Positions 14,290 to 23,702 of a stretch of DNA of 39,289 bases are shown here, in pieces (position 1 is the stretch's first letter; each line of letters starts with the position of its first letter). Under the pieces are notes generated by a model. It was not told the origin of the DNA. It ran no database searches and saw nothing but the letters and a program-made list of their open reading frames with translations. Position numbers and translations under genes: made by a program. Origin of the DNA: a virus (taxonomy: Duplodnaviria > Caudoviricetes); IMG/VR virus record IMGVR_UViG_3300044477_000069, positions 1 to 39,289 of that record, one strand, 5' to 3'.

Positions 14290-16977
14290 TTAAAACTCAA
14301 TTTCTTTGTCTTCCAATTTCAATTCATCATCTGATAAATAATCATCTTTAAACTGATACCAATCAAATAAAAACGCCTGAACCTGCATCCCGGCCATGCG
14401 CACCTGATGAGGCTTATCATTAATACAAAACCGATGGCGGCGTAATTGTGAATCATAGCTGAACTGGTAAGGCGTATTCCGCAATAAGTTTTTTATTTGA
14501 TCCGATTTTTTCGCAATCGCTAAAACTTTTATTCCGTCTTTCATTAATTGCTTTATTCCATATTTCGATAAAGTCTCGGATGAATCTACATTGTTTAAAA
14601 CATATCCGGTATGCATTAATTCCGCTATCGTTTTCACTCCGTCATTAGTGTCATTAATCCGAATATGAGCCGATAAAATATGATTAATTACTTCCTCTTC
14701 ATCGTCCATGGCTCCGGTATCCGGCTTCGATAAATCAACGATATATTTACTTAGCCAATCTTTTCCCTCTTGCGATTCTTCAATCGATAAATCCGATTGA
14801 ATCGCCCACGCTGCGGCAAGCATCGGGGCCAATTGGTCAACTCTTCGCTGCTCTCCAAATGTTTTTAGCATTGTTTCCCGTAAATATTTTATATCAAGTA
14901 TAATGCGGTCAATAGATTTAAATATTCGGCGCGTGTATCGTTGAGGATCAATCATCAATATTTCGCGCAACGGTTCAGATTTAGATATTTTGTCTTTCAT
15001 ATTTTTGACAACTTTCATTTCTAATCGAGAGATACGCGAAGAAATCGCGGCGTCATCTTCGATCATATGGACAGACCCAAAACAAAAACAGGATCGGATT
15101 TTGAACTTCTGGACGCCTGATCCGTCCGTTGCCGCCAAAGTAATATTTCCCGATCCGTCAGAGCTGGCATTTCTGGCAAGTTCCAAAATCGCCAATACTT
15201 TTTCACGTGCTTTGTTATTCTTAGGATCCATTTCGTCAAGGATTACGGAACGCGCATCAAGGTTCAATGATCGCCTGATTCCAGGCTCAGAATCCTTACC
15301 GCTACCGATATGCGCAAACGATCCCAAAATAGGAGAAATCAATTTTTCAAGAATAAATGTTTTCCCCGATCCTTGCTTTCCAGTAGGCCAGATATGCGGA
15401 CGCCATTTCAAAAGCCCGCCAAAGTTCGCAATCAGTGACCAACCCATCGCCAAAACGTGATGAGCCGGATTTACAAAATCCTGAACGCGGAATAATTCTT
15501 CTAGTTTTCGTCCTTCATCGATTGTAGAAATCTCGCCTTGCATTTCAGGAAATTTGACAGACGATGAAATATAAAAATATTTCGTTTTGTACTCGTTAAA
15601 AGATATTTTTTTCCCGTTGTATCTTATCAGGCAGTCACCGTCATTTATAATATATTCACCGTTGTCACGCCACACGCCGGCCCCACGCACTCGCTCCGGA
15701 TCATAACGTCCAGCGCTTCGACTCATTGATGTTAAATCATCTTGAGCCGTGGCCAGTTTTATTCCGTTTGAATCCGTGACATGTCCCTGTATGCTCCAAA
15801 ATGACAATTCCGCAAGCTCTCCTAGTTTTGACGTTGTAAAATGTCCCATTTCAATCGAATAAATCAGACGAATGTCGCGACGCATAAACCAATGACGCGA
15901 ATCATCATATCCTAAACAAATAAATGGGACGCCCGGATTATCAGGCTCATCAATTTTGATTTCTGTATTTATTTTTTTAAATGATAAAAGTAATTCACCG
16001 ATATTCATTCCAGATTCTACCGCGTCCGCAATGTCCCATCCGTCTTTTACTTTTGCAAATTCGCTGGTATCTAAAATTACGGCTTGAGGTAATCTCTTAG
16101 CAATTTCAAGAGCGGATTTCATCCCCGGTTGCTTTACCCATGGAATTAATTTCCCATTTTTATCGAATTGATTATCGGCGTCAGGCCAGATTCTTATATT
16201 TTTAAATCTTGCAATAGTTGACCAGTCTGTTTTGTGAACTGCATTTGTTCCACCCGTCCATGTTGTAAGAGTTAGACCGACGACAACAGAAGAACATTTT
16301 TCACCCTCTACAATATCGATAATTGTATCATCTGGTAATTTCGATAATTCATCAAGTTTAAAAACAGGACGGCCAGAATCAAGCGGCTGGCCTGGATGCC
16401 ATTTGTTGTCCTCACCAAAAAACCATGGAACCACGTCTTTATGGATATTCCCGTTTTCGTCTGTTTTTTCATGACGGGCCGTAATATAAAGAATTTCTCC
16501 GTAGGCATCTCTCCACGGCCACGCATTGACGGCTTTCCCATATTTCTCGCCGATCCATTCCGCTTTTAAATAATCGTTTAGAGTTCTAGCTATGCTTTCA
16601 TAAATCGGAATCAGCGGTTTATATTTTTCAGCCGCTTTAACTTTTTTCTTTGAAGTTATTTTTTCGTTATATGGTTTATCGTGATTCGGTTCTTCGTCTG
16701 GAGTTCGTCCTCTTAAGCGGATGATTTCTTTTGCTGCTTCTACTTTTGAAATATTTTTCCATTCAACAAACATATCGACCAAATCACCGGAATCACCGCC
16801 CGCGAAATCGTGCCAAAGGCCGTCCTCTGTTATCGAAAAACTTCCTATGTTTGAATCACCGCGTATCGGGTTAAGAGTCCAAAACTCCCCATTTCCCCAA
16901 TACGCACCAGGAACGGTAAAAAGCGATTCGATTAGTGCGGCATTAATTAATGATCGGGCCTGCTCAAATATTTTCAT
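14290..16977 (-). CDS. DNA primase-helicase (TOPRIM plus P-loop NTPase)
   Basis: Primase Zn-domain-like N-terminus, VEGEK...WPDAD TOPRIM motifs, Walker A GKQGSGKT, Walker B VILDE. Confidence 0.85.
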   Translation of the reverse strand: MKIFEQARSLINAALIESLFTVPGAYWGNGEFWTLNPIRGDSNIGSFSITEDGLWHDFAGGDSGDLVDMFVEWKNISKVEAAKEIIRLRGRTPDEEPNHDKPYNEKITSKKKVKAAEKYKPLIPIYESIARTLNDYLKAEWIGEKYGKAVNAWPWRDAYGEILYITARHEKTDENGNIHKDVVPWFFGEDNKWHPGQPLDSGRPVFKLDELSKLPDDTIIDIVEGEKCSSVVVGLTLTTWTGGTNAVHKTDWSTIARFKNIRIWPDADNQFDKNGKLIPWVKQPGMKSALEIAKRLPQAVILDTSEFAKVKDGWDIADAVESGMNIGELLLSFKKINTEIKIDEPDNPGVPFICLGYDDSRHWFMRRDIRLIYSIEMGHFTTSKLGELAELSFWSIQGHVTDSNGIKLATAQDDLTSMSRSAGRYDPERVRGAGVWRDNGEYIINDGDCLIRYNGKKISFNEYKTKYFYISSSVKFPEMQGEISTIDEGRKLEELFRVQDFVNPAHHVLAMGWSLIANFGGLLKWRPHIWPTGKQGSGKTFILEKLISPILGSFAHIGSGKDSEPGIRRSLNLDARSVILDEMDPKNNKAREKVLAILELARNASSDGSGNITLAATDGSGVQKFKIRSCFCFGSVHMIEDDAAISSRISRLEMKVVKNMKDKISKSEPLREILMIDPQRYTRRIFKSIDRIILDIKYLRETMLKTFGEQRRVDQLAPMLAAAWAIQSDLSIEESQEGKDWLSKYIVDLSKPDTGAMDDEEEVINHILSAHIRINDTNDGVKTIAELMHTGYVLNNVDSSETLSKYGIKQLMKDGIKVLAIAKKSDQIKNLLRNTPYQFSYDSQLRRHRFCINDKPHQVRMAGMQVQAFLFDWYQFKDDYLSDDELKLEDKEIEF

Positions 16978-16982
16978 GATGT

Positions 16983-17276
16983 TTAATTATTTTTTAAAAC
17001 TTCCGAGATAATTTTTCCAGACTTAGGAAAAAGTTTTTCCATCATTTCATTTCGTCGATATATTTCAAAATTAGAAAAAGGTCTTTTTACCGTATCTATA
17101 ATTGAATAATAAAAAATAGAGTGAAATGCGATTTCTTTTTTTTCAACTTCTCTTCTTTCTTTATCGATTTTTAAAGCATTCTCTTGCCAAATTCTGACCA
17201 TTTCCGGATTGCTTGCATTGATCCCCGCGATAATGCAGTTTTCTTCTCTCTTTTTCAATTGCTGATAAATAGTCAT
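16983..17276 (-). CDS. Hypothetical protein, first gene of replication operon
   Basis: RBS AAGGAG directly after the structured leader. Confidence 0.65.
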   Translation of the reverse strand: MTIYQQLKKREENCIIAGINASNPEMVRIWQENALKIDKERREVEKKEIAFHSIFYYSIIDTVKRPFSNFEIYRRNEMMEKLFPKSGKIISEVLKNN

Positions 17277-17289
17277 TTTTCTAGTCTCC

Positions 17290-17411
17290 TTTTAAAATAA
17301 AAAGAGGTTTCAACCAGAGACCCCGCAAGCGGTAAGACAATGACTAGCGGCGGCTAATCATGCCCGATCTCTGATAAAAACCTCTTTATTGTATCGTGCC
17401 GCCGCAACGAT
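17290..17411 (-). ncRNA. Structured 5' leader/attenuator with complementary loops
   Basis: 5' hairpin 17393-17411; outer stem 17301-17310/17378-17387 followed by a U-tract; loop sequences GCGGCGGC/GCCGCCGC. Confidence 0.65.
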
Positions 17412-17418
17412 TTAATGA

Positions 17419-17447
17419 ATACTAAGCTCTCAAATCCTATTTGTCAA
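17419..17447 (-). promoter_or_regulatory. sigma70 promoter for replication operon
   Basis: TTGACA-17bp-TAGTAT; predicted TSS coincides with the first hairpin. Confidence 0.7.
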
Positions 17448-17454
17448 CCTTTAT

Positions 17455-18069
17455 TTAAAATCTTTTTATAACTTCTTGAGAAATTTTTATAAATTCCTTT
17501 TCGATCACTGATCCTTTTGTGTAATGTTTCATAGCTTCTGAATGCCAGTGCGTGGGCTTAACTAATGCCGATTTTTGCATCAAATTTCTGATCATTCGGA
17601 TTTTATTTTTCTTTTTTCCATATCTCTCGAAAATACCTAATTTTGCAGTTTTTCCAGATTTACCAATAAACATTCCCGGCGATAATTGACCGGCATAATA
17701 TCGCTTTTTAATCCTTGATGACTTATTCCCGCCCCTGGCCCGTAATGTAGGAATTGGCAAGCTTTTTCCTTTTTTCGGTTTACGGATTCCGCCCGTTTCT
17801 TGAACATCCATAAAAGGCGTAATTGATCCCGTGACCGCGTTGATTTTATCGATATTTGTTTTTGGATTTGCTTTCCAAAACTTAAGACCATTTTCAACGT
17901 ATTTATTTCTAAGCGTGAATTTCTGTCTTAGGTTTTTTTGGCTTGCGTAATGGGCAAATCCGGCCACTTGATTAAGAGTTTCGGCAATAACTATAGGATA
18001 GACTTTTTCACCTAGCTTTTTGAGTTGCTTTTCGTATTTTGTCCATTCAGCACTATGACCTAATGACAT
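17455..18069 (-). CDS. Basic tail completion protein (lambda gpZ-like)
   Basis: Highly basic; IAETLNQVA...FTLRN...QETGG.R.P pattern; end of structural operon. Confidence 0.55.
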   Translation of the reverse strand: MSLGHSAEWTKYEKQLKKLGEKVYPIVIAETLNQVAGFAHYASQKNLRQKFTLRNKYVENGLKFWKANPKTNIDKINAVTGSITPFMDVQETGGIRKPKKGKSLPIPTLRARGGNKSSRIKKRYYAGQLSPGMFIGKSGKTAKLGIFERYGKKKNKIRMIRNLMQKSALVKPTHWHSEAMKHYTKGSVIEKEFIKISQEVIKRF

Positions 18070-18072
18070 TTT

Positions 18073-18324
18073 TTACTCAAATCGAATTGCAAAATATGCT
18101 TTTAAAAAGTCGAATTCGATGACGATGAATTTTCCGAATTCCGCTTTTGTCATTATTCTGAGGCCAAGAAGAATAAAATAGCAATCTTTATCACCCCATC
18201 CAGCCGAAATTGAAAAACGTTTGAAAAATGAGATGATTTTTTTACCGATAAACTTTAAACAATTCCATGCCCATTGACCGATTTTTTCAAACCAATAGGC
18301 TAAAAATGCAATTATTGATTTCAT
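18073..18324 (-). CDS. Hypothetical hydrophobic protein
   Basis: ATGA overlap; amphipathic N-terminus. Confidence 0.55.
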   Translation of the reverse strand: MKSIIAFLAYWFEKIGQWAWNCLKFIGKKIISFFKRFSISAGWGDKDCYFILLGLRIMTKAEFGKFIVIEFDFLKAYFAIRFE

Positions 18325-18617
18325 GTGCTTCCTTCCTTTGCATCTTGCGATGCTTTTAATTCCATCTTTATTTTTTCGATCTCTAAAACATAATCAACGA
18401 TTGACAGCCATATGTCAAGAGGCATTTTAACCGTGTTTCCGTCAAAAGTCACCGATTCAGAATCCGGGAATACCGGAAATTCAATCGCATCAACTACAAC
18501 GGAAACGGGATCAGGGCCATCATCTTTTGGGCAGGTTACGCAGGACATATTTTGACTTATCAAAATTAGCGACAGGATCGCTAGTATGATAAGAGTCTTT
18601 TTTTTCTTCTGTTTCAT
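18321..18617 (-). CDS. Putative o-spanin (Rz1-like lipoprotein)
   Basis: Basic N-terminus, hydrophobic stretch, MS-C, Pro-rich mature part; overlaps 3' end of 18520..18804. Confidence 0.55.
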   Translation of the reverse strand: MKQKKKKTLIILAILSLILISQNMSCVTCPKDDGPDPVSVVVDAIEFPVFPDSESVTFDGNTVKMPLDIWLSIVDYVLEIEKIKMELKASQDAKEGST

Positions 18618-18804
18618 TTTCAATCCTTTTAAGATCCGCTATAAGTTTATCCCGACGTGTAATCGTTGCCCGTAGGCTATGCGTTTTTTCCATTTCCGAT
18701 CTTAATTCACCGGAAATGGAATTATAACGTTTAAAGAGAAAAACACAGACCATCGTGATTATAATTCCGTAGATAACGGAAATACCGATAATCCAAGCGG
18801 TCAT
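18520..18804 (-). CDS. Putative i-spanin (Rz-like)
   Basis: N-terminal TM helix followed by coiled coil; overlapping lipoprotein gene. Confidence 0.55.
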   Translation of the reverse strand: MTAWIIGISVIYGIIITMVCVFLFKRYNSISGELRSEMEKTHSLRATITRRDKLIADLKRIENETEEKKDSYHTSDPVANFDKSKYVLRNLPKR

Positions 18805-18983
18805 TTGCTTTTCTCCTTCTTTTCTTTTTCTTCTGTCTCAACTATTTCAAGCGTTGCTAGATTATCTGGATTGTCATGATTCCAGCTCTCAAGCGTTGCT
18901 TTTGCTGCGGCTAAGTGAATATCTTCTGGATTTTCGATAATAGTTTTTTTCCCGTCTTTGATAAAAATTATTTTTTCGATCAT
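18801..18983 (-). CDS. Small protein after tail fibre
   Basis: ATGA overlaps on both sides. Confidence 0.55.
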   Translation of the reverse strand: MIEKIIFIKDGKKTIIENPEDIHLAAAKATLESWNHDNPDNLATLEIVETEEKEKKEKSK

Positions 18984-20023
18984 GCAATGTACCTTCCTGC
19001 GTGTCGATAAATGTGAGATGATGCGAGTGGTGAATGAGTCTCTAATCCTGTTCGCGGGGTTCCGTTGACTCCGTCAGAAATAGGATTGGTTGTTGGAGAA
19101 TTAACAGCGGTTGTCGGAGTTGCCGTTCCGGAAGAATCCACGACGATGCGCTTAGTAGATCCTGCACCCTCTCCTCCTTTCTCATCATGTATATGACCTT
19201 GCATAAATCCACGGCGTCGAAGTCCATTCAACATATAAAAATTTCCATCGCCTTGTCCTGATATCGATAAACCGCGCATTGAGAATTCTCGCGCTGTTGT
19301 ATCCGATCCTGCAATTCTAAACGGATAAAATTCAACACTAGCCGTAATAGATCCTGATGCATTCCCGGCAGTCAACGCGAATTTTATATAACGATTAACC
19401 GAGTCAACTTCTGTTATCGCATATGTTCCAGCCGTCACGTTTCCGATTGCAGACGCCAGTGTCACCGTACGCCAATTTGTATATGATCCATGTACATTTT
19501 TATCTTCGATAAGCGCATTCATCCATGCAATATTGGCCGCCGTATTTGATGCAGTGAGAGTTACAACATTGGCAGCGATCGCCCAATTTGTTATAGGCAA
19601 TGCTGTCAATTCCCCTGTCAGCCCTTCCATAAATATTTGTTTTCTCGCACGCAACCAAGGCACGAGTAGCGGATAATTCGCTGCCGCAAGAGTTGCCACG
19701 GAATCAAAACTTGTAAGACAAAATCCGGGGAAATATGTATCCTGATTCGCAACGGAGAATCCAACTGGTGATTTTTTTTCTTGTAAAAAATAAAGCTCTC
19801 CAAGTTCTTTCCCGTTTTCTTTAGTGATTCTTTTTACTGCTTGCAAAACTTGAGTTGCATCGACAGAAGACAGTGTTAATCCTGCCCCTTCTGCTACGTT
19901 ACATAATTCGTTTTTTTCAAGATTTCTATCGGCAGCGATCAAAAGAGTGCCGACGATACCACCTGAAGGATTATCGTCTACGTAATTTCCGCCAGACGAT
20001 CCCGGCGCGGTTGTATGATTCAT
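18980..20023 (-). CDS. Tail fibre protein
   Basis: Mu S-like N-terminus (YVDDNPSGGIVGT...NELCNVAEGAGLTL...QVLQA); C-terminal MQGHIH...GTPRTG.ET; start ATG 20023. Confidence 0.75.
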   Translation of the reverse strand: MNHTTAPGSSGGNYVDDNPSGGIVGTLLIAADRNLEKNELCNVAEGAGLTLSSVDATQVLQAVKRITKENGKELGELYFLQEKKSPVGFSVANQDTYFPGFCLTSFDSVATLAAANYPLLVPWLRARKQIFMEGLTGELTALPITNWAIAANVVTLTASNTAANIAWMNALIEDKNVHGSYTNWRTVTLASAIGNVTAGTYAITEVDSVNRYIKFALTAGNASGSITASVEFYPFRIAGSDTTAREFSMRGLSISGQGDGNFYMLNGLRRRGFMQGHIHDEKGGEGAGSTKRIVVDSSGTATPTTAVNSPTTNPISDGVNGTPRTGLETHSPLASSHIYRHAGRYIA

Positions 20024-20649
20024 TATTCTTCCCTCCCTGTTATTCCTAATCCAACGCGACAAACGCCGCATATCGCAATTTCTCCGTCAGTCGGAGAATA
20101 TGAAGTTTCACCTCTTCCACAAATAGCGCGACCAGTAGATCCAATATAGCACCGCGCAACATCTCCATCATAAATAGGCCTCACATTATAAATTGGCTCA
20201 CAATGCAATGGCGCTATTCTTGTTAAAATGCTTTTTACCTGAACAATATCGGATGAAAAAGGAAAAAACCCTAGAACGGTAAACGATGCTATAAGCTCCC
20301 CGGATTCTTCATTTTCTTCGATATAAACATCCGGGAAAGATTTATGGATAACTCCGTTTATATAATCAAGCGACTGGCCGCCGATTGACGTATACATGGT
20401 GTTAGCCAGTGATCGTTTTTCCCATAATGTTGCATCATCATTAGCCTTTATCCCGAGAGCATCGAGCCATTCATCAATCAAATTAGTTGCCGTTAAAGGA
20501 TCGGCTTCTATTAAAGCATTTTCAAGATAAAGTTTTACTCTTTCTTTATTTAAAGATGCCGATTCAATTGATTTTTTTTCGTCTCCGACTATTCTCCAAG
20601 CTTCACCTTCTGGCAATAACGATTCAATCGCCTTTAAAATTACGGCCAT
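20023..20649 (-). CDS. Baseplate protein (Mu gp48/DUF2313-like)
   Basis: LLPEGEAW...EADP.TA..LIDEW...LG...GGQS.DY...P.H. Confidence 0.8.
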   Translation of the reverse strand: MAVILKAIESLLPEGEAWRIVGDEKKSIESASLNKERVKLYLENALIEADPLTATNLIDEWLDALGIKANDDATLWEKRSLANTMYTSIGGQSLDYINGVIHKSFPDVYIEENEESGELIASFTVLGFFPFSSDIVQVKSILTRIAPLHCEPIYNVRPIYDGDVARCYIGSTGRAICGRGETSYSPTDGEIAICGVCRVGLGITGREE

Positions 20650-21728
20650 ACAATATCTGCCAGTTTTATAATTTCGGAATCTTGCAAAGTGTACGCTTCA
20701 ATATCTCCAGGAACTCCGTCAATTGTCATAGCCATCGAAATGCTATTTGCCCCGGCTCCTCTTGCTTCTGCATAAAGCGTCGATAATGATATGATATTTG
20801 TCGGATTCGATTCATCTGGATATTGCAAAGGAAAACATGTTAATAAATAATCATTAATCGCTAATTCAATCGCGGCTTTTGTTGCAACGTTATCAGGATT
20901 AATAGACGATACCGTCAATGTTATTTCTCTTTCCGTCATGGCTTCGGCTGATACATTTGCACAAAGCGGCTTTCTGCCCGTATCGTTTAGATATGTTTCA
21001 ACCTCTGCCAATTTTGGAGCGGATGGAATCCTGTCAGTTGTCAATGATTGCAATGGATAAACGATAACATTATTTGGCCCGTCATTAAAAGCAAACGCCT
21101 TAACGATACCGGCAACTTCGAGCGCCCATTGCAAATAGTCTGGAGTTGCCCCGCCTTGAGGCTGTTGAGACATTCGAGATATTACCCTTGATCGGTAATC
21201 TTCGATTTCTTCGGCGTCTTCTCCTTCCGTTGTCGTGCTTGTAATTGTTGCATCATCATCAACGCCAGCCAATGGAGAAACAAGAGAAACAGATCCGCCG
21301 TTATCAATATTCCCCGCAGATCCAAGAGTTAAAGATTCGATTTCAATTGTAGCCGTTCCTGTTGCAATTATTACGTCATCTGACTGACTATAAACAATTC
21401 CATTAAATTGCCAAAGCGTACCGGCTGGAATTATCGTGTCATTTTCACCCGTAGCCGTTGCCGCTAAAATTGCAGAAGTAGCCGCCGTCCTGGTTATTCC
21501 AAAACGTCCACCCAAATACATCAAGGCCTCTTCATCTTGTGTTTGTGGAAAAATCTGCTTGTAAAGCCATTTAGCGTATTCGTAAATTCCTGCATCGGAT
21601 AACGAATCAGACTTTGCCCATGTCCGATAGAACGATTTAGCGACAGATGGCATCGTTTGCGCAAGAGCTGATTCAAAGTCGGCTATTCTTTGCGCGTAAA
21701 TTTGCGCAGGCGTCGGAGTTGTAATCAT
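20640..21728 (-). CDS. Baseplate J (Mu gp47-like)
   Basis: IPAGT, G.AGN, GEDAEEIEDYRSR, PQGGATPDY.QWALEVAGI. Confidence 0.9.
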   Translation of the reverse strand: MITTPTPAQIYAQRIADFESALAQTMPSVAKSFYRTWAKSDSLSDAGIYEYAKWLYKQIFPQTQDEEALMYLGGRFGITRTAATSAILAATATGENDTIIPAGTLWQFNGIVYSQSDDVIIATGTATIEIESLTLGSAGNIDNGGSVSLVSPLAGVDDDATITSTTTEGEDAEEIEDYRSRVISRMSQQPQGGATPDYLQWALEVAGIVKAFAFNDGPNNVIVYPLQSLTTDRIPSAPKLAEVETYLNDTGRKPLCANVSAEAMTEREITLTVSSINPDNVATKAAIELAINDYLLTCFPLQYPDESNPTNIISLSTLYAEARGAGANSISMAMTIDGVPGDIEAYTLQDSEIIKLADIVWP

Positions 21729-22159
21729 GCCGCCCCCTCTCTTATAATCATTTCTGACCAATTAATCGTATAAATGAAACTGACTGATTTCTCATTTTGT
21801 TCTAGTTTGATTTCTATCGCAAGGAATCCTGTTTTTGGAATCTCTGCAATTACTGAAATTGACTTTACAACCTTGTCTATAATCATCCAGTCAAGCGACT
21901 GTTTTGCATAGGCTATGGCGTCAAGGCGCGTCTGATTATCAAGCCGACGGGATAAAATCTGTTGAAAATCAGCATTATATTTTTCGGCCTCTGATTCTGC
22001 CAATGAATTACCGATCCAATTAGGCCGCGTAAATAACGACAAAAAAACCGCGTTTTGAAGTCCTGTGTCCATATCAGGCTGTCCGTTGATTACGTTGAAA
22101 TCAACGCCGTCCTGTGTTTTTATTAATTTAGGATCGCCTTCGCAACAGATCAATTTCAA
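21725..22159 (-). CDS. Baseplate wedge (Mu gp46-like)
   Basis: DTGLQNAVFLSLFT...W.G...YAKQSLDWM. Confidence 0.8.
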   Translation of the reverse strand: MKLICCEGDPKLIKTQDGVDFNVINGQPDMDTGLQNAVFLSLFTRPNWIGNSLAESEAEKYNADFQQILSRRLDNQTRLDAIAYAKQSLDWMIIDKVVKSISVIAEIPKTGFLAIEIKLEQNEKSVSFIYTINWSEMIIREGAA

Positions 22160-22674
22160 CCGCCTGTTTTTAGAGTGCTTGTAGCCGCGCTCGATATATC
22201 TACTGATAATACACCGGGAGCCCCTGCCCCGTCAAGTTTTGTTCCGAAATTTAAATTTAATGCCGTAATAAATGTTTGTAATGCCGTGTTTAATTCCGCA
22301 TGAGTGACGAATGTTTTTGATGATCCATTTAATTCTATTGACCCGTCCGGTTTTAGATATATTTTTGCCTTAAGCGTTTTTCCGTCCGGAGTTGTCGAAT
22401 ATAGAACGGTTCCGCCTTTGGAAACCGATATATTCAGCGCGTAATTATGACCGGCGATGCAAACGGAATATCGCCCACGCCCGACTGGAATCATAATCGT
22501 CCTGACATCATCGCCAGGAGACGCCAATATTCCAGGGTTTTGGTAAAGCTCTTTTTCTACCGTTTGCCCTGGTACACCTTCACCGGTAATAACTATTGAA
22601 TTCCCTGGAGCGTTTCCTAGAGTTTTTGACGTTGCGTTTTTAATTTTTAATAATGTATTGCTAATTATTCCCAT
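22156..22674 (-). CDS. Baseplate spike/assembly protein (Mu gp45-like)
   Basis: ELYQNPGILASP motif; synteny between gp44-like and gp46-like genes. Confidence 0.7.
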   Translation of the reverse strand: MGIISNTLLKIKNATSKTLGNAPGNSIVITGEGVPGQTVEKELYQNPGILASPGDDVRTIMIPVGRGRYSVCIAGHNYALNISVSKGGTVLYSTTPDGKTLKAKIYLKPDGSIELNGSSKTFVTHAELNTALQTFITALNLNFGTKLDGAGAPGVLSVDISSAATSTLKTGG

Positions 22675-23702
22675 GGCATAGCCTTCGGCATTTCTCCGGA
22701 ATATGTCGATAATAAAACAAGCCTCATTGAAGTTGTTTTACCTGATGGATCGATTGAAAATGTATCTTCGGCAATTAAAAACGGAGTTTCATTATAAATA
22801 TAAATTGATGGCGCTTTTAATGTGATAATCTGGCCCGGTGAATATAAAGCACCGGACGGAGTTCTAAACCCGGCCATGATAATATTGATTCCAAAACTTG
22901 CCGCCAACATTTGAGCGCGTTTCCATTCAGCGGCTTTTATGATATTTTGTCCGTCCGTTTCCGATCCATTTATAATTATAGGCCTGTATTTTGTAATAAA
23001 ATTGTCAAGAGCAATTCCTTGGATACTATTCCCGCCGTCCTGTTGAGTATTTACTTTTACAATCGAATGACGCGACTGTCCATCAAATGACGATGATCCT
23101 GATATAAAATTGTCTTTTCCTTCAATTATGCTTTGAACCGGAGCGGCTGAAATATCTGGTTTAAATATTAATAAATTACCATTGATATCATTTGAAATTA
23201 ATAATGAATTAGCTTGAGCTAGTCCTGATAAAAACTCAAAAGGCGTTTGCCCAGGCTCTAAAATAGCCTCAATAATATTTCCTGAATTATTCAAGCAATT
23301 TACGGAAATGCCAAAAGATGAGCATACTGCCGACGCGATATCTTTTAAAGTCATATTCCTAAATTGATAGCTTTTTCCGTCATAGGAACAATCAATCAAA
23401 ACGCCTGTTTTGCTTCTCCCTTGAATATTGACATTATTTCCGCTAGTGCTTAAATCAAATGCAGGCGTATCGATATTTCCGGTAATTATCAATTCATTGT
23501 CAATTTTGACTTTGCACTCTTGATACCAATATGGCTTGAAAGCCGTTTTTATTTCTTGATTATTTGGATCAAACGCGGCCATAAATGAAAACCCATCGGC
23601 CCCGCTTTCTAATGCTCTAGTAATTGTTAATTGTTCCCATCCTTCAAATATTCTTCCGCCTGTTTCAAGTGTCACTTTATCCAATACGTTTAAATCAGAC
23701 AT
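22665..23702 (-). CDS. Baseplate hub (Mu gp44/P-like)
   Basis: FEGWEQLTITRALE...ITG.ID...GRSKTGVLIDCS...EPGQT.FEFL. Confidence 0.85.
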   Translation of the reverse strand: MSDLNVLDKVTLETGGRIFEGWEQLTITRALESGADGFSFMAAFDPNNQEIKTAFKPYWYQECKVKIDNELIITGNIDTPAFDLSTSGNNVNIQGRSKTGVLIDCSYDGKSYQFRNMTLKDIASAVCSSFGISVNCLNNSGNIIEAILEPGQTPFEFLSGLAQANSLLISNDINGNLLIFKPDISAAPVQSIIEGKDNFISGSSSFDGQSRHSIVKVNTQQDGGNSIQGIALDNFITKYRPIIINGSETDGQNIIKAAEWKRAQMLAASFGINIIMAGFRTPSGALYSPGQIITLKAPSIYIYNETPFLIAEDTFSIDPSGKTTSMRLVLLSTYSGEMPKAMPWE

